A DNA stretch of 61,205 nt from assembly GCA_947628045.1 (NCBI GenBank), contig CANQYP010000001.1:1-61205 (forward strand), written 5' to 3'. Positions 10,132 to 19,749 of the stretch are shown here, piece after piece (the first letter of the stretch is position 1; the number at the start of each line of letters is the position of its first letter). The notes under the pieces were generated by a model that made no database searches, was not told the origin of the DNA, and was given only the letters and a program-made list of their open reading frames with translations. Made by a program: the position numbers and the translations under genes. Source of the stretch: an uncultured Lachnospiraceae bacterium (GTDB lineage: Bacteria; Bacillota; Clostridia; Lachnospirales; Lachnospiraceae).

Positions 10132-10917
10132 ATGCTGGACGTAAAGGAGCTTTCGGTCAGCTACGGGAGCTGCACGGTGGTGGATCGGCTGAGCTTTCAT
10201 GTCTCGGAAGGACAGTGGCTGATGATCGTCGGTCCGAACGGCGCGGGCAAATCCACGGTGCTGAATGCGGTCACGCAGGGCGTCTCCTATACGGGGACGA
10301 TATCCCTGATGGGACAGGATGTGAAAAGAATTTCCGCCGCGCAGAGGGCGAGAGAGGCAGGTGTGCTTGCGCAGAACCATTTCGTCGGCTACGAGTTTAC
10401 CGTGGAAGAGGTCGTGCGGTTGGGACGCTATGCGTATTCGTCGAGAGTGCTTGCCGGGAGAAGGGACGAGGACGAGCGCGCGGTCGAAGAGGCTCTTGCG
10501 CTGACCGGAATGGAGGAACTGCGCGACCAGTCGGTGCTGAAACTCTCGGGCGGCGAGCTGCAGAGGACGTTTCTGGCGCAGGTGTTCGCGCAGGACCCGA
10601 AACTGCTGCTTTTGGACGAGCCGACGAACCATCTGGATCTGGTCTATCAGAAACAGGTATTCGAGCTGATCGCGCAGTGGGTGAAACAGCCGAGGCGGGC
10701 GGTCGTCTCGGTCGTACATGACCTGTCGCTCGCGAAGGTGTTCGGCAGCGACGCGCTGTTGATGAGCAAGGGCAGACGGATCGCGGAAGGCGCGGTAGAT
10801 GAGGTGCTGCGGCCGGAACATCTTGATCCGGTCTACCATATGGACGTCTGTGCGTGGATGCGGGAGATGCTTTCGCAGTGGGGAAAGGAGGAGACGGTGT
10901 GCCGGATTCCGAAATGA
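10132..10917 (+). CDS. ABC transporter ATP-binding protein (BtuD/FecE-like)
   Basis: GPNGAGKST, LSGGELQR, LLLDEPTNHLD, HDL. Confidence 0.92.
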   Translation: MLDVKELSVSYGSCTVVDRLSFHVSEGQWLMIVGPNGAGKSTVLNAVTQGVSYTGTISLMGQDVKRISAAQRAREAGVLAQNHFVGYEFTVEEVVRLGRYAYSSRVLAGRRDEDERAVEEALALTGMEELRDQSVLKLSGGELQRTFLAQVFAQDPKLLLLDEPTNHLDLVYQKQVFELIAQWVKQPRRAVVSVVHDLSLAKVFGSDALLMSKGRRIAEGAVDEVLRPEHLDPVYHMDVCAWMREMLSQWGKEETVCRIPK

Positions 10918-11453
10918 TCTTGCTGACCGGGGGCTCTGCCTGCGGGAAGAGTTCTTACGCGGAGGAGCTTTGCCTGAGTCTTCCGTTTCCGAGGTATTAT
11001 ATCGCGGCAATGCGTCCGTTTGGGGACGGCAGCGAGGAGAAGATCGCGCGGCACAGGAGATTGCGCAGAGGAAAAGGGTTCGAGACGATCGAGCGCTATA
11101 CGGATCTGCAGGGACTCGTGCTCCCGGAGCGGGGGACGGTCCTGCTGGAATGTATCTGCAACCTTACGGCGAACGAGATGTTTGACGAGAACGGCGCGTG
11201 GACGGATCCATATGAGACGGTCGTCGCGGGAGTCGAGACTTTGCGCCGCCAGAGCGGTACGCTGCTTGTGATCACAAATGAAGTCGGCGCGGACAGCAGA
11301 GCGTACGATCCGGGGACACGGGCGTATATGGACGCGATCGGGCGCATCAATCAGAGGCTCGCGCGGCAGGCGGATGTGATCTGCGAGCTGGTCTGCGGGA
11401 TTCCGCTTGTACGGAAAGGGAGGTTGCCACATGATTCTGATCGTCGGCGGTGA
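10914..11453 (+). CDS. cobU: Adenosylcobinamide kinase/adenosylcobinamide-phosphate guanylyltransferase (CobU/CobP)
   Basis: LTGGSACGKS, KIARHR, FETIE, LLECI, ITNEVG, ELVCGIP; ATGA overlap with upstream gene. Confidence 0.88.
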   Translation: MILLTGGSACGKSSYAEELCLSLPFPRYYIAAMRPFGDGSEEKIARHRRLRRGKGFETIERYTDLQGLVLPERGTVLLECICNLTANEMFDENGAWTDPYETVVAGVETLRRQSGTLLVITNEVGADSRAYDPGTRAYMDAIGRINQRLARQADVICELVCGIPLVRKGRLPHDSDRRR

Positions 11454-11793
11454 AGGCGCCGGGAAACGGAGCTTTGCGGAAACGCTTGGGTATACGGAGA
11501 AGGACATTGCGGACGCGGCGATCGACGGGCGCCCGGTCGTGTATCATCTGGAACGCCTGGTTTTTGCGCAGCCGGAACAGGCGGACGCGCTGCTGGAGCG
11601 TCTGCTGGAGAAAGAAGTTGTGATCTGCTGTGAGGTGGGGAGCGGGATCATTCCGGTCGACCGGAGCGAGCGGCTGGGCCGCGAGGCGACGGGCAGGTTG
11701 TGTGTGCGCCTGGCGCAGCGGGCGCAGGCGGTCGTGCGTCTGGTCTGCGGAATCCCGACCGTGATCAAGGGGGAGCTGCCGGGAAAACGTTGA
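11431..11793 (+). CDS. Short CobU/CobP-like protein
   Basis: IVGGEGAGK, CCEVGSGIIPVD, REATGRL, RLVCGIP. Confidence 0.8.
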   Translation: MILIVGGEGAGKRSFAETLGYTEKDIADAAIDGRPVVYHLERLVFAQPEQADALLERLLEKEVVICCEVGSGIIPVDRSERLGREATGRLCVRLAQRAQAVVRLVCGIPTVIKGELPGKR

Positions 11794-11795
11794 GA

Positions 11796-11939
11796 ACAGC
11801 GGACAAACTCACGTCTGCGGCGAGAAGTAATGAATTGCTGGAGCTGGTGGGGCTTGGGCACGAGCGGCACCGGATCATAGGCTTTTTAAGGGGCATGAAA
11901 CAGCGCTTGGGAATTTGTTCAGGCGCTGCTTGCTTATAA
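11796..11939 (+). pseudogene. Remnant of an ABC-2/bacteriocin-resistance type ATP-binding gene
   Basis: ELLELVGL...GFLRGMKQRLGI then a +1 shift restores VQALL (consensus S-x-GMKQRLGIAQAL); no start codon or Walker A. Confidence 0.65.
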
Positions 11940-12024
11940 AAGACTTGAATAGAAAATCGTTTTATGACATGCTGTATGTAAGAAAAGGATCATATACGCC
12001 AGAGACATCTATTAGAAACCGAAA

Positions 12025-12630
12025 ATGAAAACACTGATATTAAATGGTTCTCCGCGGGAAAACGGAGATACGGTATCCCTTATTAAGAGGGTGACAAAAG
12101 ATTTACATGGAGAGCATTACATCGTGAACGCGTACAGCTGCAATATTTCACCTTGCGTGGATTGCAGGTATTGCTGGAAACAGGATGGCTGTTCCCTTGA
12201 TGATGAAATGCAGGAAGTATACTCTTATATACGGGAATGCGAAAATATTCTCATTGCCTCCCCCATTTACTTTTCTGAGCTGACCGGCAGATTGCTTGAC
12301 GTGGGGAGCAGATTGCAGAGATACTTTTGCGCGCGTTTCTTCCGAAAAGAAGTGCCTGTGGTTAAGAGAAAAAAGGGAGCGGTTATCCTTGTGGGCGGTG
12401 GGGACGGACACATAGAAAAGCCGTATGAGACAGCCTGTGTACTTTTGCGCCATATGAATTGTCATAATATCTACAGAGTTGTGTACAGCCATAATACAAA
12501 TGAAAGACCAGCCGCCGCAGATGAAACGGCACTTCAGGGTGTGGCTGGTATTATTGATTTTTTCAATAGAGAAGAACAATATGAATCTGAAAATAGCCTT
12601 TTTACAGATCCTGCCGGGAAAGGATCCTGA
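12025..12630 (+). CDS. Flavodoxin family protein (NADPH-dependent FMN reductase / iron-sulfur flavoprotein-like)
   Basis: ILNGSPRENGDT, PCVDCRYC...C, DDEMQEVY, IASPIYF. Confidence 0.85.
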   Translation: MKTLILNGSPRENGDTVSLIKRVTKDLHGEHYIVNAYSCNISPCVDCRYCWKQDGCSLDDEMQEVYSYIRECENILIASPIYFSELTGRLLDVGSRLQRYFCARFFRKEVPVVKRKKGAVILVGGGDGHIEKPYETACVLLRHMNCHNIYRVVYSHNTNERPAAADETALQGVAGIIDFFNREEQYESENSLFTDPAGKGS

Positions 12631-12859
12631 TGAGAATTTTCTGATCGGAAAGAAAGCCTGCATCGAGGCAAAGGAAAAAGGGGCAGATATCGCCCTTTTC
12701 CCGGAGATGTGGAGCGACGGGTACGATCTGCCGCAGGACCACGACCAATTAAATGCTCTTGCGAATGAAAAAGAGAGCGCTTTTTTGAATGGCTTTCGCG
12801 ACCTTGCCTCAGAACTGCGGATGGCGATAGGGATAAATGGTATTTTGGCTGTCCATTGA
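12581..12859 (+). pseudogene. Truncated carbon-nitrogen hydrolase (nitrilase family), N-terminal ~92 aa only
   Basis: MNLKIAFLQ...AKEKGADIALFPEMWSDGY; ORF stops before catalytic Lys and Cys regions. Confidence 0.7.
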
Positions 12860-12894
12860 GGAAGAGACTTTATATCGTATTTACAAGAAGGAAG

Positions 12895-12938
12895 AACATC
12901 CCACGGATCTGAAGACCTGCGGGATGTTTTCTTTTTTT
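12895..12938 (+). terminator. Putative rho-independent terminator
   Basis: aacatccc...gggatgtt stem followed by a T-rich tail. Confidence 0.6.
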
Positions 12939-13047
12939 GAATAGTAGTTATTTGCAATAATGCTAAATTAGATTGCAAAAAATACCATATGGTAATATAA
13001 TATTGTAAAATATGTTTGGATGCCAGATATGAGATGGAGGTTTTGCA

Positions 13048-14025
13048 ATGAAGACTCGATGGAAGAAGTATGCTCTGATAGGGCTTTTCTGGGCAGTCTT
13101 TGCTTTTGGGGCACTGGGGGCTGAGGCGTCCGCCGCCGGCAATCTTGGTCTGATCTGCAGTAAGATTACGATCGCCCCGAGAGAGACGGCAGATATGGGG
13201 AATATGGTGACGCCCAAGTCATTTGCCAAAAGAAAGCTTAAATGGAAGAGCAGCAATGAAAAGGTTGCGAAGGTCAGTAATTCGGGCAAGGTGATTGGAG
13301 TGAAGGAGGGAACTGCAACCGTGACGGTTAAAACAGCCGCCGGACGGGCTGCCTCCTGCGTGGTCAAGGTGTCGACCGGAGCCAAAAATTATGTGGTAAA
13401 CACGACGGCTGGGACTCAGAAATACCGCCTTTACGACCAGACGGATTACGGTGGTTACATTGCGCAGTCGGGCTGCACATTGACGGCTGTGTCGATCGTG
13501 GCGTCGCATTACGGGCTGAATTACAGTCCGGTGCAGATCCACAACGCGTCGGCCTCGGCAAAATACGGAGAGCGGTATGCTGCCAGGAGTCTGCCAGGAC
13601 CAAAAGTTTATGGACATGCCGCCGTGTCTGTCGCAACGCTCTCAAAGATCCTTACAAATCTGGGAATCAAGAACAGGGCAGTGTACAAATTCAACAAAAA
13701 AGACGCGATCCGGGAAATCAAGCAGCATGCTGCACAGGGCAAGCCGGTGCTGCTCAAGCTTACGAACAGGAGATACAATGGCTATCGGCTGGCAAACGGG
13801 CACCATACGATGGTGCTGGCGGGAATTGATTCAGATGGGTATGGGATTTTTCTGGAGCCGTACGGGGGAAAGATCAATTATACGCATGCGTCGAAGAACC
13901 AGTTCAGGATGAAGGTGTCGACGGTCGTGAATGAATTTATGCAGCCAGCGCAGGGCAATTACAAGGGTGCGTATGTTCTCGGGCTGAATACGGCTGGAGG
14001 TTATATTCTGGTTGACGGAATCTGA
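13048..14025 (+). CDS. Secreted protein: bacterial Ig-like (Big_2) domain + C39-like/papain-fold cysteine peptidase domain
   Basis: Signal peptide; WKSSNEKVAKVSNSGKV...GTATVTV; YDQ...SGCTLTAVSIV (Q, C), GHHTMVLAGID (H), FLEP. Confidence 0.7.
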   Translation: MKTRWKKYALIGLFWAVFAFGALGAEASAAGNLGLICSKITIAPRETADMGNMVTPKSFAKRKLKWKSSNEKVAKVSNSGKVIGVKEGTATVTVKTAAGRAASCVVKVSTGAKNYVVNTTAGTQKYRLYDQTDYGGYIAQSGCTLTAVSIVASHYGLNYSPVQIHNASASAKYGERYAARSLPGPKVYGHAAVSVATLSKILTNLGIKNRAVYKFNKKDAIREIKQHAAQGKPVLLKLTNRRYNGYRLANGHHTMVLAGIDSDGYGIFLEPYGGKINYTHASKNQFRMKVSTVVNEFMQPAQGNYKGAYVLGLNTAGGYILVDGI

Positions 14026-14052
14026 TGTATTTTGCAAAGGAGCGGATTGAAA

Positions 14053-14844
14053 ATGAAGAATCGAACAGTGAGGAAATGGATTGTCTTTGGACTTTGCCTG
14101 GGCTGCTGGACTGTGGCTGCGGGGTTTGCGATGGCAGAAGAGGGAGCGGAAACTCAGACGCAGACCGAAGAGGAAACCGAGACAGAGCAGTCGGCAGAGA
14201 AACTGCCGGAGGACGGGATCCTGTATTATAATATCGAAAACCCGGACAAGGGTGCGATCCGTCTTGTCGAGGAGGATGGGAAGACGTACGTGCGGTACGG
14301 CGATGAGGAAGAAGAGACAGAAACCTCCGCGCCGGAGGAGGCTTCGGACGCCGCAAAGGAGGGCGGATCGGAGGAACCCGAGACAGAGACAGAAGAGCCG
14401 GAGCTCCTCCTATTCGAGGAGCCGGAGACGTACTATGTGACAACCGCCCTCAATATGCGCGCACTGCCGGATGCAAATTCTGAGATCGTGCAGATCCTGC
14501 AGATCGAACAGAAGATAAACGTGTACGCGCAGATGCAGGAGAAATGGTATCTGGCGGGGACGGAAAAGGGCTTTGGCTTTGTGTCAAAGAAATACCTCAC
14601 GGACAGCGCGGAGGAGGCGGCACAGGCGATGAAAGCAGAAGAGGCGGCGCAACAGGCGGCAGCGCTTGCGGCGCAGCAGGCAGCGGCGGCGGCAGCCCGG
14701 CAGAAAGCGTCTTCGTCGGGCGGATCCGGCGGCGGTGGAAAGAAGGAAGTGAGTCGGGAGAACGTGCCCAACTGTGACGACGCGAGCCACGGGACAACGT
14801 ACATCACGTATTCGGACGGCTCCGTCAAGGTGGTCGGGTATTAA
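14053..14844 (+). CDS. Secreted SH3 (SH3b/SH3_3) domain protein with acidic linkers
   Basis: Signal peptide; YYVTTALNMRALPDANSEIV...KWY...GFVSKKYL. Confidence 0.8.
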   Translation: MKNRTVRKWIVFGLCLGCWTVAAGFAMAEEGAETQTQTEEETETEQSAEKLPEDGILYYNIENPDKGAIRLVEEDGKTYVRYGDEEEETETSAPEEASDAAKEGGSEEPETETEEPELLLFEEPETYYVTTALNMRALPDANSEIVQILQIEQKINVYAQMQEKWYLAGTEKGFGFVSKKYLTDSAEEAAQAMKAEEAAQQAAALAAQQAAAAAARQKASSSGGSGGGGKKEVSRENVPNCDDASHGTTYITYSDGSVKVVGY

Positions 14845-14847
14845 TCT

Positions 14848-16239
14848 ATGGTATTCAGTTCGCTTGCTTTTTTGTGTATCTTTCTGCCGATCGTGTTTCT
14901 GCTGCATCTGATCGTCCCGGGCACCAAATGCAAGAATGCGGTCCTTCTGGCAGGGAGTCTGGTGTTTTACGCATATGGGGAGCCGGTGTACGTATTTCTG
15001 CTTGTCGGCTCCGCATGGATGAGTTATCTGTTCGCGCGGTATCTGGATGGCAGGAAGAACAGGGGAGTGCTCTGCGCTGCTGTTTTGTTTCATATACTTA
15101 TTCTGCTTGTCTTCAAATACGCCGCTTTTCTGACAGGGATACTGAATTCAGCAGCCGGGTTAGGGTTTCCGGTTCCCGCGATCCGACTGCCGATTGGGGT
15201 ATCCTTTTTTACGTTTCAGGCGCTGTCGTATGTGGTCGACGTGTATCGGGGTGAGAGGGCGCAGAGGAGCTTTGGAAAGGTGCTCCTGTACATCGCCATG
15301 TTTTCGCAGCTTGTCGCCGGACCGATCGTGCAGTACCGCGACGTGGAGAAGGCGTTGGGAGAACGCCGGGTGACGCTTGAGGACACAGCGCAGGGACTTC
15401 GGCGTTTTCTTGCCGGGCTGTCGAAAAAGGTCCTGATCGCGAACCGACTCGGTCTGGCGGCGGATGCGCTTTTTGCGGCGATGCCCGGGCAGATCAATCT
15501 GGCGGGCGCGTGGCTCGGGGCGATCTCCTATATGCTGCAGATCTATTTTGATTTCAGCGGTTACAGTGATATGGCGCTCGGGCTGGGGCGCATGTTCGGC
15601 TTTTCATTCAGGGAGAACTTTTTTTACCCTTATGTCTCGGGGAGCATGCGGGAATTCTGGAGACGCTGGCATATCTCGCTTTCTTCCTGGTTTCGGGACT
15701 ACCTGTACATTCCGCTCGGAGGCAACCGCAAAGGGGAGCTGAGGACATACCTCAACCGGGCTCTTGTGTTTCTATGCACCGGAATCTGGCACGGGGCAAA
15801 TCTCACGTTCCTGTTCTGGGGAATCTATCACGGGTTTTTCCTGACCGTGGAGTCGCTGGCGCAGAAGATGGGTACGGGAAGGAAACAGATAAAACTTCCC
15901 GCGTTTTTGCGGCATTTCTACACACTGCTGGTGGTCTGCGTCGGTTTCGTGATCTTCCGCGCTGAGACATTGACAAAGGGCTTTTGGTGGATCGGAAAAA
16001 TGTTTGTGGGTTTCTCGCTTAGCAGTGCGGCGCTCAGTTTTGCGGCGCGCCAGCTCACGCCCGTTTTCCTCTGTGTGCTCGCTGTGGCGGTGGTCGGAGC
16101 AACGCCTGTGAAAAAGAAGTTTGAGAGATGGTGGTTCTACGAGCCCGCGTCCTATCTTGTGAGTGCGGCGGGTCTTTTGCTGTGTATGCTGCAGCTCGCG
16201 GGCAATACTTATAATCCGTTTATCTATTTCCAGTTTTAA
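14848..16239 (+). CDS. MBOAT family O-acyltransferase (AlgI/PatA/DltB-like)
   Basis: MVFSSLAFL, LPIGVSFFTFQ, QLVAGPI, YFDFSGYSDMA, EFWRRWHISLSSWFRDYLYIPLGG, GIWHGA, YNPFIYFQF. Confidence 0.93.
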   Translation: MVFSSLAFLCIFLPIVFLLHLIVPGTKCKNAVLLAGSLVFYAYGEPVYVFLLVGSAWMSYLFARYLDGRKNRGVLCAAVLFHILILLVFKYAAFLTGILNSAAGLGFPVPAIRLPIGVSFFTFQALSYVVDVYRGERAQRSFGKVLLYIAMFSQLVAGPIVQYRDVEKALGERRVTLEDTAQGLRRFLAGLSKKVLIANRLGLAADALFAAMPGQINLAGAWLGAISYMLQIYFDFSGYSDMALGLGRMFGFSFRENFFYPYVSGSMREFWRRWHISLSSWFRDYLYIPLGGNRKGELRTYLNRALVFLCTGIWHGANLTFLFWGIYHGFFLTVESLAQKMGTGRKQIKLPAFLRHFYTLLVVCVGFVIFRAETLTKGFWWIGKMFVGFSLSSAALSFAARQLTPVFLCVLAVAVVGATPVKKKFERWWFYEPASYLVSAAGLLLCMLQLAGNTYNPFIYFQF

Positions 16240-16259
16240 CTGTGAGGGTTTCAGGAAAC

Positions 16260-17738
16260 ATGAAAAAATGGAAACTTTTGTATGTGATTTTAATTTTTGG
16301 CGTGTGCCTTGCGCCGCTTGCGGGTATGGTCATACCTTGCCGTCAGGACAAAGCCGGGCATGAGGAGAAGGCGGATTTCCCGGAGCTGTCTTTGAAGGAA
16401 GGAGGTCTGAATGTGCAGTGGCTGTCTCAGGCGGGTGATTATTTTCAGGAGCATTTTGCGTTCCGTGAGGAGTTGGTTACGGCGAACGCATTGCTGCTGG
16501 GAGATGTGTTCCAGACTTCTGCGGACGACGGCGTAATCTTTGGCGAAGACGGATGGCTGTATTACATGGATTCACTGGACGATTATCTGGGGAGCGACCG
16601 GATGGATGAGCGGGCGCTGTTCTGTGTGGCGCACAGTCTGGCGCTTTTGCAGGAGTACGCGGGGAAGAGGGGCGTGACGTTCCTGTTTCTTCCGGTTCCG
16701 AACAAAAATACGATATACGGGGAACACATGCCATATTACTATCGCTGCAAAGCGAGCACGGAGAGGAATCTCACAAGGCTGTATAAAGCGCTGGATAAAG
16801 AGGGCGTCCGGTATGTGAAACTGGAGGAGCTTTTCCGGGAGAGTCCCGATACCCTGTACCACAAGACGGATTCCCACTGGACGAACGCCGGCGCGGCGCT
16901 CGCGTATGAGGAGGCGATGGAGGCGCTCGGCTTGCCGCATGATTCTTACCGTGACATGGACTATGAGACGCGGACGGATTTTGAGGGAGATCTGGCGGAG
17001 ATGCTGTTTCCGGCGGCCGTGGTGCCGGAGGAAGAAATCTATTACGACCGGATCGACATTTTTGCCTGTGTCGGTGAAGTGGAAAGTTATTTTGACCCGA
17101 AGATCGTGACGGTAAACCCGTCCATGCAGGGCGATCTGGTCATGTATCGGGATTCGTTCGGGAACGCGCTGCTGCCGTTTTTTGCCAATTCCTTTGCGAA
17201 CGCTTATTTTTCCAGAAGTGTGCCCTACCCGCTTGCCGACCTGGACCTTTATCCGGCGGACACTCTGGTCGTAGAGCGTGCGGAGCGTTTCCTTTGGGAT
17301 ATGGCGGGGAATCCGCCGGTCATGCCCGCGCCTTTGCGGGAGCTGCAGCCGGAGGACATGACGTTTGTCGGAGTGTATGAGCTGTCTGCCGGAAACGGGA
17401 CGGAAGATGGGGCTGGGACGGAAGATGGTGCTGGAGCGCAGGGGGACGCTGGGGCGAAGGGTGACGCCGAAACGAACGCCGGCGCCGGAGCGCTGCGGCA
17501 GCCCACGCTTGCGTCGGAAGGGCAGTACTGGAAACTGGAGGGAAGGTTGGATACGGAACAGCCGGACGCGCGCGTCTATGTCCGAATTGACGACGCCGGG
17601 ATTTACGAGGCGTTTCCCGTTGTGCTTTCCGCAAGCGATGCGACAAGGGAGAATGGCTACCGGCTGTATCTTCGCAAAGAGGACGCGGAACAGACGAAGA
17701 AATCCTTGCGGGCGGAGGTTTGGCTGTTGTCAGACTAG
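16260..17738 (+). CDS. AlgX/AlgJ/DHHW-like SGNH-fold extracytoplasmic O-acetyltransferase
   Basis: N-terminal anchor; GEDGWLYY, PVPNKNTIY, YHKTDSHWT (DxH), YRDSFG; directly after the MBOAT gene. Confidence 0.8.
   Translation: MKKWKLLYVILIFGVCLAPLAGMVIPCRQDKAGHEEKADFPELSLKEGGLNVQWLSQAGDYFQEHFAFREELVTANALLLGDVFQTSADDGVIFGEDGWLYYMDSLDDYLGSDRMDERALFCVAHSLALLQEYAGKRGVTFLFLPVPNKNTIYGEHMPYYYRCKASTERNLTRLYKALDKEGVRYVKLEELFRESPDTLYHKTDSHWTNAGAALAYEEAMEALGLPHDSYRDMDYETRTDFEGDLAEMLFPAAVVPEEEIYYDRIDIFACVGEVESYFDPKIVTVNPSMQGDLVMYRDSFGNALLPFFANSFANAYFSRSVPYPLADLDLYPADTLVVERAERFLWDMAGNPPVMPAPLRELQPEDMTFVGVYELSAGNGTEDGAGTEDGAGAQGDAGAKGDAETNAGAGALRQPTLASEGQYWKLEGRLDTEQPDARVYVRIDDAGIYEAFPVVLSASDATRENGYRLYLRKEDAEQTKKSLRAEVWLLSD
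17397..17468 (+). repeat. 18-bp in-frame tandem repeat x4 (GTEDGA GTEDGA GAQGDA GAKGDA)
   Basis: gggacggaagatgg(g/t)gct twice, then two degenerate units. Confidence 0.75.
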
Positions 17739-17849
17739 AATTGCGCTGATCGCGTTGTCTGCCGTTTCAGGAACTTTATTTACGGGACCTGATGTCGCGA
17801 AAAAGCTTTACAGGAAATAAACTTTCCATGTAAATTCTCTGTTTTTTCT

Positions 17850-19028
17850 CTACAAAGCGGAAGATCTGAAAAAGGCAGTCACCTTTGCGCCGTCTGAAAC
17901 ATTCTCAATTCGCAGATAACCGTCGTGGTGCTCACAAAGCAGCTTGCAGATATAAAGACCAAGACCGAAATGCGCGGATCGGTCCGTCTCTTCGGTAAAA
18001 TACGGACTGGCTGCCTTGGGTAAAGCGTCTTTGTCAAATCCTTTCCCGTCGTCAGTGACCGAAAGCAGCAAGCCGTTATCGCGCAGCGCGAAAGAGAGCG
18101 TGATCTGGCTGCGGGCATAGCGGACGGCATTTGCGATCAGATTGTTACTTACCCGCAAGACAAAGCCAGTGTCAATGGATAAGTGCGCGGCAGGGACACT
18201 GTTTTGCAGACACAGCATTTTCCCTTTTTGCTTACAGATCATTTCCATGCTTTTGTGCAGAGCCGACAAGAAGGGCTGCAAAAGAACGGTTTTGTATTTT
18301 GGCTGTGTGTCCTCTAAACGCTGCAGATTACTCATGCTGCTCACATAGGTTTCCATGCGCGCGATCTGCCTTCCCATCGTAACGGCGGTTTCCCGCGTCT
18401 GTGGATCATCGCTTGCCTGCAGCATTTCATTATGCCCCTTCAGGACCGTGAGAGGGGTGCGCAGATCGTGGGCAAATGCGGCGTTGAGCTGTTTGCGCTC
18501 TTCAACCTGCCGCCACATTTCCGAAAAATTCTTTGCGAGCGCGGCGCGCATGATCTCAAAGGATTTGCAAAGCTGCCCCAGCTCGTCGTTGCTGCTGTAG
18601 TCGATCGTAAAGTTCAGATCATTGCCGGATACTTTTTCGGAGGCTGCGGACAGCTCTGCAAGCGGTTTTTTTAAGCGGTTTCTGTAAAACAGCAATACCG
18701 CGGCAATGAGACAGAACGCCGAATACAGCGGCGCTGCGGCAATAGAAAGAGTCTCTAAAAGAGCGATCCTATGCCTGTCGTGTTCCGAATAGGAGATAGG
18801 GTCACTGCTGACCAGAACGCCGTCGCCCAGCTGTTCGCCTTGCCTGTTTGTCAGGTAATATTTCTCACCGTATGTTGGATAGGAGGCTTTGATCGCGTTG
18901 ATCCTGCTGTTGCATAAAGAAACTGTCGTCACAGAAAGAGCAAGGGCAAGCACGACAAAAGCCGCTATATATAACACAAGACTTTTTCGAAGAGATAGAT
19001 TTCGCCCGGTGTGTTTTATTTGATCCAT
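17850..19028 (-). CDS. HAMP-domain sensor histidine kinase
   Basis: Two TM segments, HAMP, FAHDLRTPLT H-box, NLIANAVRY, DDGKGF, GLGL. Confidence 0.92.
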   Translation of the reverse strand: MDQIKHTGRNLSLRKSLVLYIAAFVVLALALSVTTVSLCNSRINAIKASYPTYGEKYYLTNRQGEQLGDGVLVSSDPISYSEHDRHRIALLETLSIAAAPLYSAFCLIAAVLLFYRNRLKKPLAELSAASEKVSGNDLNFTIDYSSNDELGQLCKSFEIMRAALAKNFSEMWRQVEERKQLNAAFAHDLRTPLTVLKGHNEMLQASDDPQTRETAVTMGRQIARMETYVSSMSNLQRLEDTQPKYKTVLLQPFLSALHKSMEMICKQKGKMLCLQNSVPAAHLSIDTGFVLRVSNNLIANAVRYARSQITLSFALRDNGLLLSVTDDGKGFDKDALPKAASPYFTEETDRSAHFGLGLYICKLLCEHHDGYLRIENVSDGAKVTAFFRSSAL

Positions 19029-19690
19029 TTGTAGCCGCACCCCCAAACGGTCCCGATGTATATCTGATCCGTATAAGCGGCGATTTTAGCCCGTATTCTA
19101 CGGATGTGTTCAGCGACAACGCTGCTGTCGCCCTCGCTGTCATATCCCCAGACCCGTTCATAGATCCGTTCTTTGTCAAAGACTTGTCCCGGATTTTGGG
19201 AAAGCAGCTCCACGATGTCAAATTCCTTTTTGGCAAGCCCGAGACGCTCTCCCGAAAAAAACAGGCAGCGCTCGGAGTAGTCGATCGTCAGCTCGCCGGA
19301 AAACCGGATCTGTGCCTCAAAGCTGTGCCGCGTTTCACGGCGCAGATGGGCGCGTACCCTTGCCTCAAGTTCTATAAGCGAAAACGGTTTGACGATATAA
19401 TCGTCGCCGCCGACGGCAAATCCTTTTACTTTGTCCGCATCTTCAATTCGCGCAGTCAAAAAGAGGATTGGGCAGGATACATGATCGCGGATCCGTCTGC
19501 AGACTTCCAGACCGTCCATTCGCGGCATATTTATGTCGAGCAGGATAAGATCCGGCTGCCGTTCTGCCTGTTTTAATGTGTCCGCGCCGTTTGCGGCGGT
19601 CAGAACAATATAACCCCTGCTTTCAAAAAAACTGCGGAGCATTGATGTAATATCCGGCTCATCATCGGCTATCAGTATTTTACAGTTCAC
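19016..19690 (-). CDS. OmpR-family response regulator (NisR/SpaR-like)
   Basis: ILIADDE, LLDINMP, FLTA, DDYIVKPF, KEFDIVELLSQNPGQVF...VAEHIRRIRAK; GTG start with AAGGAGG SD. Confidence 0.92.
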   Translation of the reverse strand: MNCKILIADDEPDITSMLRSFFESRGYIVLTAANGADTLKQAERQPDLILLDINMPRMDGLEVCRRIRDHVSCPILFLTARIEDADKVKGFAVGGDDYIVKPFSLIELEARVRAHLRRETRHSFEAQIRFSGELTIDYSERCLFFSGERLGLAKKEFDIVELLSQNPGQVFDKERIYERVWGYDSEGDSSVVAEHIRRIRAKIAAYTDQIYIGTVWGCGYKWIK

Positions 19691-19749
19691 TTCTCACGCC
19701 TCCTTGGAGAGGAAACATACCAGCTAATTCTCAATTATTTATCTACTTT

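Noticed and set aside
13048-14025. C39-like protein as the leader peptidase for the Nif11 peptide
   Set aside because: It is a Sec-secreted Ig-fused protein, not an ABC-fused cytoplasmic C39 domain; a wall substrate is more likely.
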